The translations under genes were made by a program, and so were the position numbers. From Bacteroidales bacterium (lineage in GTDB: Bacteria; Bacteroidota; Bacteroidia; Bacteroidales; VadinHA17), in contig JAUYBT010000144.1 of assembly GCA_030692905.1 (NCBI GenBank), positions 1 through 58,943 on the forward strand: DNA of 58,943 nucleotides. The letters are read 5' to 3'. This document shows, one piece after another, positions 54,701-58,943 of this stretch. How positions within the stretch are numbered: the stretch's first letter is position 1; each line of letters opens with the position of its first letter. The notes beneath the pieces are model-generated. The model searched no databases. It was not told the DNA's origin and worked only from the letters and a program-made list of their open reading frames with translations.

Positions 54701-56256
54701 AGGAAGTCCTTCGTTTTCTTTTTTATTGTAACCTCATTATTTACACGGTCGTAGAACACAAAACCTTTGTTGGCCATATCGATACACATCCCGGTAACCG
54801 CCTCCTCGGGCCTGTTCAGCCATTTGGCAAACTCTGCAACCGGAAATGTTTCGGAATAAACGTATTCAGTAAACTTAATAAGACGGTTCAGGGGATGGTA
54901 ATCATCAAGCCCCATCATTCGTAAAAAATAGTCTGAGTTGAAGAATGATGAAGATTCAAATTGTGCCTGTCCAAGGGCGGATCCTCTGGCCCGTGATAGA
55001 ATAATTTTTGATTCATTCATATTCCACGACATATATTCAAAATACATGTCGAGACTGTGAAACGAATTGAAATAGGGACTCTTTGAGATAGGATTATTTG
55101 TCCGGAAAAGGTTGACCTGCCTTGTCGTGGAAAAATAGGAAAATCCAAGGTTTGAATGGTAGATTGAATCTTTATCAAGATAAAGTGAGACGGCTGTTTC
55201 CTGACTGTTTAAGCCGGTCTTTGAGAAGAGAAACTCTTTTGAACTGATTTTAAGATATAGTGTATCATTCCTGAAAAGCGTGATTTTCGCCGGAGTAAAA
55301 CTTTTACCTGTACCTTTTACATTAGCTCCTTCAAAGGAAAGTCCTCCTTTATAATTAACCCCTTCATAAAGGTTTTTTATCTGGAATTCTTTTGTGTAAG
55401 TCTCAAAACGTGGATAATTAGCTTTATCCTTATTGCTGAAACTGACTGCCTGATCAGTCAGTAACCCGAGGACTGGTTCTTTAAAATAGATAAAATGCCT
55501 TAATCTGGCGGAATCGATTGTGAAACTACTTTTAGCTATGTTAATTGAATAATTATTTAGTTCAGCAAAAACATCGGCTCCGGGATACCCTGCCTTTTCC
55601 CATGTAACTATACCTTTCGTACCTCTGAATTGCTGTATCTCAGGATAATATGTTCCTGTGACATTGTAGATTTCAGTACTGTCTTTTTGTGAATAACATG
55701 TAAGAGTAGCATCAGAAATGACTACATAAAAAATAGTGTCATGTAAAAACTTAAGGGTATTGTTTTTAACTTTCCATTTAACACTTCCCGACTCGAACAG
55801 AACATTTTCTTTTATCATCGAACCGGTGTTCTTAAAATATCTGTCGATATTATCATTGGTAAACCGGGGGCTGAAAGCTTTTTTACTTAATCCTGTAAGC
55901 CAGTTGGTAAAAGAAGCAGCATCACGTTTATACCCGATGAAATAATTGAGGGTTATGAGATAATCATTAAAGTGAGGAACCGGTCTCATTGATCTGCCTG
56001 AAAGCTGGCTGGAAATGTTAATTATCTTAGCCATATTCTCCTTGCTGAAAGCTGCGCTGTCCCATCTGATAAGGAAGATATTCAGGTTGGCAATCTGTTC
56101 AGAATTCAGATTCGGGCCCATAAAAGTTGTAAGTTCCGTCCTGAATTTTGCAGGATCCCCTGAAAATGCCGACCTTGCCTGAGAAAATAAGATGCAGGGG
56201 GACAGGAGCATTAGTAGCAGAGCCAGTATTGCCAGCTTTCTTAGAATGGAACTCAC
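51754..56256 (-). CDS. 1500-aa secreted or membrane-anchored protein of unknown family
   Basis: A single uninterrupted ORF. N-terminal hydrophobic signal/anchor KLAILALLLMLLSPCILFSQA. N/S/T/Y/F-rich composition suggesting a beta-rich fold. No T9SS CTD, no internal repeats and no catalytic motif recognised. Confidence 0.8.
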   Translation of the reverse strand: MSSILRKLAILALLLMLLSPCILFSQARSAFSGDPAKFRTELTTFMGPNLNSEQIANLNIFLIRWDSAAFSKENMAKIINISSQLSGRSMRPVPHFNDYLITLNYFIGYKRDAASFTNWLTGLSKKAFSPRFTNDNIDRYFKNTGSMIKENVLFESGSVKWKVKNNTLKFLHDTIFYVVISDATLTCYSQKDSTEIYNVTGTYYPEIQQFRGTKGIVTWEKAGYPGADVFAELNNYSINIAKSSFTIDSARLRHFIYFKEPVLGLLTDQAVSFSNKDKANYPRFETYTKEFQIKNLYEGVNYKGGLSFEGANVKGTGKSFTPAKITLFRNDTLYLKISSKEFLFSKTGLNSQETAVSLYLDKDSIYHSNLGFSYFSTTRQVNLFRTNNPISKSPYFNSFHSLDMYFEYMSWNMNESKIILSRARGSALGQAQFESSSFFNSDYFLRMMGLDDYHPLNRLIKFTEYVYSETFPVAEFAKWLNRPEEAVTGMCIDMANKGFVFYDRVNNEVTIKKKTKDFLDSYAKRKDYDVLNIVSETKAPIDNAILDLRNYRLTVNGVSGVFLSDSQRVAIHPYKQQLTIGKNRSLQFDGVVEAGLFTVFGHNFSFSYDTFKIRLQKIDSIKIAVETDKKDILGNPVIKEVNNLLQLGTAELYIDNPNNKSGLKSLKQYPIINTITYSYIFYDKIPGLEGIYKQGEFYFKVDPFTYENIDHFSNEDMNLSGEFVGGNILKPTRQYLTIQENNSLGFNMIIPEEGVEVYGNRGRLYEAISMSNNGLIGSGTLKHLTSTTKSEEYKFFPDSMITQASSFNIEKDSSGIFPILNSQDVAIKWMTQKDEWLATNATGKSFNLFGNGTTLDGTLKLTPARLHGTGIINMTDSRITSNLFSFASNAIKADTADYNLKSPTTSGYSFIAENANTDINFDLRMARFRLNTDSSVVKFPELQYICTMTDFAYNMENRVLNMEQKEKSNTPLLTSDKLLKSDFANLDKPTFFATNNLSDTVAFSSWKGSYHLDQEYIEAENINYIHIADALIQPENGKIVINRRAKIQTMQNALIALNNRHILHSAKIDIESTKRYTGSAIYDYVDENKEIQQINFPELTVDTLSTSARGYIPVTQNFMLNPAFSYAGDVLLSSKNDLLTYTGSAGIVHNCSTIKSYTIKFKSKIDPKNVMIPVSDKPRDMNDNLVFSGSYINTDPIHIYPAFLSAQKSWSDVALVNSTGYLYYEKAKGRYLITSLEKLADQSLPGNMIAFDKNYCVLSGEGNINFGAKYDLVKFSSAGKVIHTLDSGKVDIEAILAFDFHFSPEALKVMADEIRMMPTLKPVNLNTDLNNKGMKDLMGVTAASQIKEEMDLFGTSGSLPKEFNFKLLFNDVKLYWNEATSSFRSSGKIGIGFIGPQPINIYVDGYIEIQRRRSGDMIDVYLKADESTWYYFSYIRGVMMAQAGNNSFNTIIANTKLNNRKHPDSSVRVPYTYMIAVEGRLSRFLRRMTSDNAGEEPVTR

Positions 56257-56268
56257 ATTATTAAATTA

Positions 56269-57027
56269 TTATATAGCTTCAACTATAGCTGCGAAATCCT
56301 CTTTCTTAAGAGCAGCCCCACCAATCAGACCACCATCAACATCGGGTTTTGAGAATATCTCAACTGCATTTGATGGTTTACAACTTCCTCCATACAGAAT
56401 TGGCAGTTTTTTCGCACAATCGTTTCCATATTTCTCCTTTACCAGGTCGCGTATATATTTATGCATCTCCTGAGCCTGATCGGGAGTTGCTGTCAATCCG
56501 GTTCCAATAGCCCACACTGGTTCATAAGCGATAACTATCATATCCATCTGCTCCTCAGAAAGGCTGAATAATCCCTCTTCAAGTTGCCTTCTTACGATAA
56601 GGAAATGTTTCCCGGCTTCTCTCTCATTTAATACCTCACCGCAGCAGAAGATCACCTTCAGTCCACTGTTAATTGCGAGTAATGTTTTTTTATTAAGCAG
56701 CTTGTCATCTTCATGATAGAAGGTCCTTCTTTCTGAATGTCCGATTAAAACATATTCAGCACCGGTGCTTTTTACCATCCAGGCCGATACCTCACCCGTA
56801 TAAGCACCTGAAGCCTCTGATGCGCAGTTTTGTGCGCCAAGGGCTACCTTCCCGTGTTCCAGAATTTCAGAGACACCTGAAAGATGAATAAATGGAGTAC
56901 ATAAAATAACCAGTGTCTTACCAGAAGGTTTTTCCTTAAAGTATTTATCAATTGAGCCTGCAAATTTCAGACCTTCTGCCAGATCCATATTCATTTTCCA
57001 GTTGCCGGCAACAATTTTCTTTCTCAT
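56269..57027 (-). CDS. tpiA: triose-phosphate isomerase
   Basis: MRKKIVAGNWKMN, LIGHSERR, and AYEPVWAIGTG. Confidence 0.95.
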   Translation of the reverse strand: MRKKIVAGNWKMNMDLAEGLKFAGSIDKYFKEKPSGKTLVILCTPFIHLSGVSEILEHGKVALGAQNCASEASGAYTGEVSAWMVKSTGAEYVLIGHSERRTFYHEDDKLLNKKTLLAINSGLKVIFCCGEVLNEREAGKHFLIVRRQLEEGLFSLSEEQMDMIVIAYEPVWAIGTGLTATPDQAQEMHKYIRDLVKEKYGNDCAKKLPILYGGSCKPSNAVEIFSKPDVDGGLIGGAALKKEDFAAIVEAI

Positions 57028-57091
57028 ATAAATCAATGTTTTAAAAGGTAATAATATTTAAAGGTACAAATCATTTAATGTTTTCAGGTTA

Positions 57092-58210
57092 TTACTTTGT
57101 GAAACTTTGTGTAGTCTGCTTGCCGAACCACTCCTTTTCAGGAACATTAGCCCATGACCATTTTCCGATAACAGTTCCCTCTTTTAGCAGAATATATCCG
57201 GGGTTCGCCCTTACCATGGTTTTCAAGGTCGTCTCATCAACAGAACAAAATTCAAGCCCGTTATTATAACTTTTCGCCTCATCAGTTCCTGAAGCGGTCA
57301 GAATGTAAAAATCAATTCCGTTACCCATGCAATAATAGCCTAGTTCAAATCCATCTGACAAATGTTTTTTACCCACCTCTGCCAGCTTTTTAGAGATCAT
57401 TAAAACAGAATACCCGGGATGAGATAATACTTTCTGAGTAATATCCTCTCCATTCATTGATGTAATACTGAAATCGTGTATTGGAGGCTGATATCCTTTT
57501 TTAATAAGAACCGATTTCTGATCAACAAACTTCCAGTTGGTGTCGTCAGCCGGATAGTTATTAAGGCTGAACTCCTTTTTGATTCCGGCTTTTTCGTAAA
57601 TAAATGTTGTCTGATACACATCAACCGGCACACCTTCCGGAATCGCCATTTTATCAGCAATTTTTACTCCGGTTTCATATGGTAAAAAATCGATAACCGG
57701 AAGATACCTCAGATTGCCGAGGGAAAAAAGAATAAAAAGAACGATAGTGCAGCATATAATAACCCATTCAGTAAAAGTACTGAAGAGATTTTTAATCAGT
57801 TTCCTGCCAGCGTAAAGAACTATAGACAAAGCAATTAATATGATATTTTTCCCGAATGTCTGCCAGTTGGTCAGATGTATTGCATCGCCGAAACATCCAC
57901 AGTCTGAAACAGGATTTGTCAGTGCAAGAATGAAAGTAAGAGGGGTAAAGATCACCATAAGGATCATAACAACCCATATTCCGGTTTTCTGTCTCAAACC
58001 TGTCAGAACAGAGAATCCGGCGATGAATTCAGCAGTACACAATAAAATTGCCAGAGGGAGGCTGAGCTGGTTCAGAAAACCAATATTGAATGCCTGAAAA
58101 TAATCATGAAATTTGTAAGCCGAGCCTAAGGGGTCAATTGCTTTTACTATGCCCGAGAAGATAAAAACGAGACCAACAATTATTCTGCTGACAGATATTA
58201 GTATCTTCAT
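57092..58210 (-). CDS. DoxX/MauE-like membrane protein with C-terminal thioredoxin-fold-like domain (BT_3928-like)
   Basis: N-terminal multi-TM region (RIIVGLVFIFSGIVKAIDPLG, a CGCFG motif), followed by a soluble domain of about 170 aa. Next to tpiA, as in Bacteroides. Confidence 0.65.
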   Translation of the reverse strand: MKILISVSRIIVGLVFIFSGIVKAIDPLGSAYKFHDYFQAFNIGFLNQLSLPLAILLCTAEFIAGFSVLTGLRQKTGIWVVMILMVIFTPLTFILALTNPVSDCGCFGDAIHLTNWQTFGKNIILIALSIVLYAGRKLIKNLFSTFTEWVIICCTIVLFILFSLGNLRYLPVIDFLPYETGVKIADKMAIPEGVPVDVYQTTFIYEKAGIKKEFSLNNYPADDTNWKFVDQKSVLIKKGYQPPIHDFSITSMNGEDITQKVLSHPGYSVLMISKKLAEVGKKHLSDGFELGYYCMGNGIDFYILTASGTDEAKSYNNGLEFCSVDETTLKTMVRANPGYILLKEGTVIGKWSWANVPEKEWFGKQTTQSFTK

Positions 58211-58211
58211 A

Positions 58212-58898
58212 TCAGATTAGTTTTCTGTCGGCGAATATTCTTACAATCAGATCAAATATTTCATCAGGCGACAGTATTTCACCATTGCTGTTACTGCAAT
58301 CAACAACTGCAAGCCTGTCATCCGATTTTGCAACTTTCAGATAGATATCCCTGACCTTTTTCTGAAACGCAAGACTCTCTTCGTGAATATCCCTGGTTCC
58401 GTTAAGGTAGGTACGGTCATCACCTGTTCTGGCATTTAATAATTTTTTTTCTGTGAAAGCAAATGGCACATCAAGGAAAATATTCAGGTCAGGCTGAGGA
58501 ATTGCGAAATGGTTGAATTCGAGAGAGAGAATCCATCTCATAAGCTCATCCTGTGCCGTTATCTCCTGCAGCTTAGCACACTGATAAGCAATATTCGAAT
58601 AGGTATATCTGTCGAGCAGGACAACCTTTCCGTCATTTAACCAGTTACTGATCACATCTGAAGCATCTTTTCTGTCACCAGCATAAAGCATTGCGACAAG
58701 GTAGGGATCGACATCATTCAGAGAGCCAAATTCACCCCTTAAAAACCTTGCAATAAGTTCACCGAAATATGGAGCTTCGGTCCTCGGAAAGTGCAGATAT
58801 TCACAGTTATATCCCTTCTTTGAAAAAAAGTCTCTTAATAGTTTGATCTGTGTTGATTTGCCAGCGCCGTCAACTCCTTCAATAACAAAAAGCTTCAT
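58212..58898 (-). CDS. tmk: dTMP (thymidylate) kinase
   Basis: MKLFVIEGVDGAGKSTQ P-loop and a DRY motif (LLDRYTYS). The track start at 58937 is probably an upstream artefact. Confidence 0.9.
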   Translation of the reverse strand: MKLFVIEGVDGAGKSTQIKLLRDFFSKKGYNCEYLHFPRTEAPYFGELIARFLRGEFGSLNDVDPYLVAMLYAGDRKDASDVISNWLNDGKVVLLDRYTYSNIAYQCAKLQEITAQDELMRWILSLEFNHFAIPQPDLNIFLDVPFAFTEKKLLNARTGDDRTYLNGTRDIHEESLAFQKKVRDIYLKVAKSDDRLAVVDCSNSNGEILSPDEIFDLIVRIFADRKLI

Positions 58899-58943
58899 TA
58901 TATAATTGATTTTTTTCAGTACAAATGTAATAACCACACCGCA

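Overview
This 58.9-kb window looks like a chromosomal segment from a Bacteroidota genome. The taxon call is an inference from a T9SS C-terminal sorting domain, TAnnTTTG-type promoter boxes, DUF3822-rsmD and tpiA-BT_3928-like gene contexts, and frequent leaderless-looking starts. Most of the window is tightly packed housekeeping genes. On the plus strand these include speA, rpsA, rnz, guaA, ctp, gcvT, serC-serA-DUF1015 and yggS. On the minus strand they include an rfbA-C-D/ugd/pgm sugar-nucleotide block, uvrA, rsmD, rsmE, tpiA and tmk. The first 3.6 kb has no long ORF in the supplied track, but it is the N-terminal three quarters of gltB on the minus strand, open at the window edge. One tRNA-Asp(GTC) is present with a textbook Bacteroidota promoter and an intrinsic terminator. 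There are no rRNA genes and no CRISPR array. The non-ordinary content is as follows. (1) A REP-associated tyrosine transposase (RAYT) carries a GTAG-headed 28-nt REP palindrome in frame inside its own coding sequence and a second copy just after its stop; two further GTAG...CTAC palindromes lie elsewhere in the window. (2) Phased 7-nt tandem tracts recur at gene boundaries at six or more loci. (3) A roughly 185-nt multi-hairpin element closed by a long terminal helix sits between the DUF1015 gene and yggS. (4) An AT-rich, low-coding island (about 18.7-21.8 kb) holds an orphan MNT-type nucleotidyltransferase, small membrane and lipoprotein ORFs and an orphan intrinsic terminator. (5) A SPFH / Arc-repressor / Zn-ribbon operon has a three-half-site palindromic operator over its promoter. 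(6) An orphan SiaB/SiaC-like partner-switch pair is present. (7) A 1500-aa secreted protein has no recognisable family. (8) Two decayed gene remnants are present: a GH5-like fragment and a frameshifted fragment. All functional calls come from reading motifs in the translations by eye; no database search was run.
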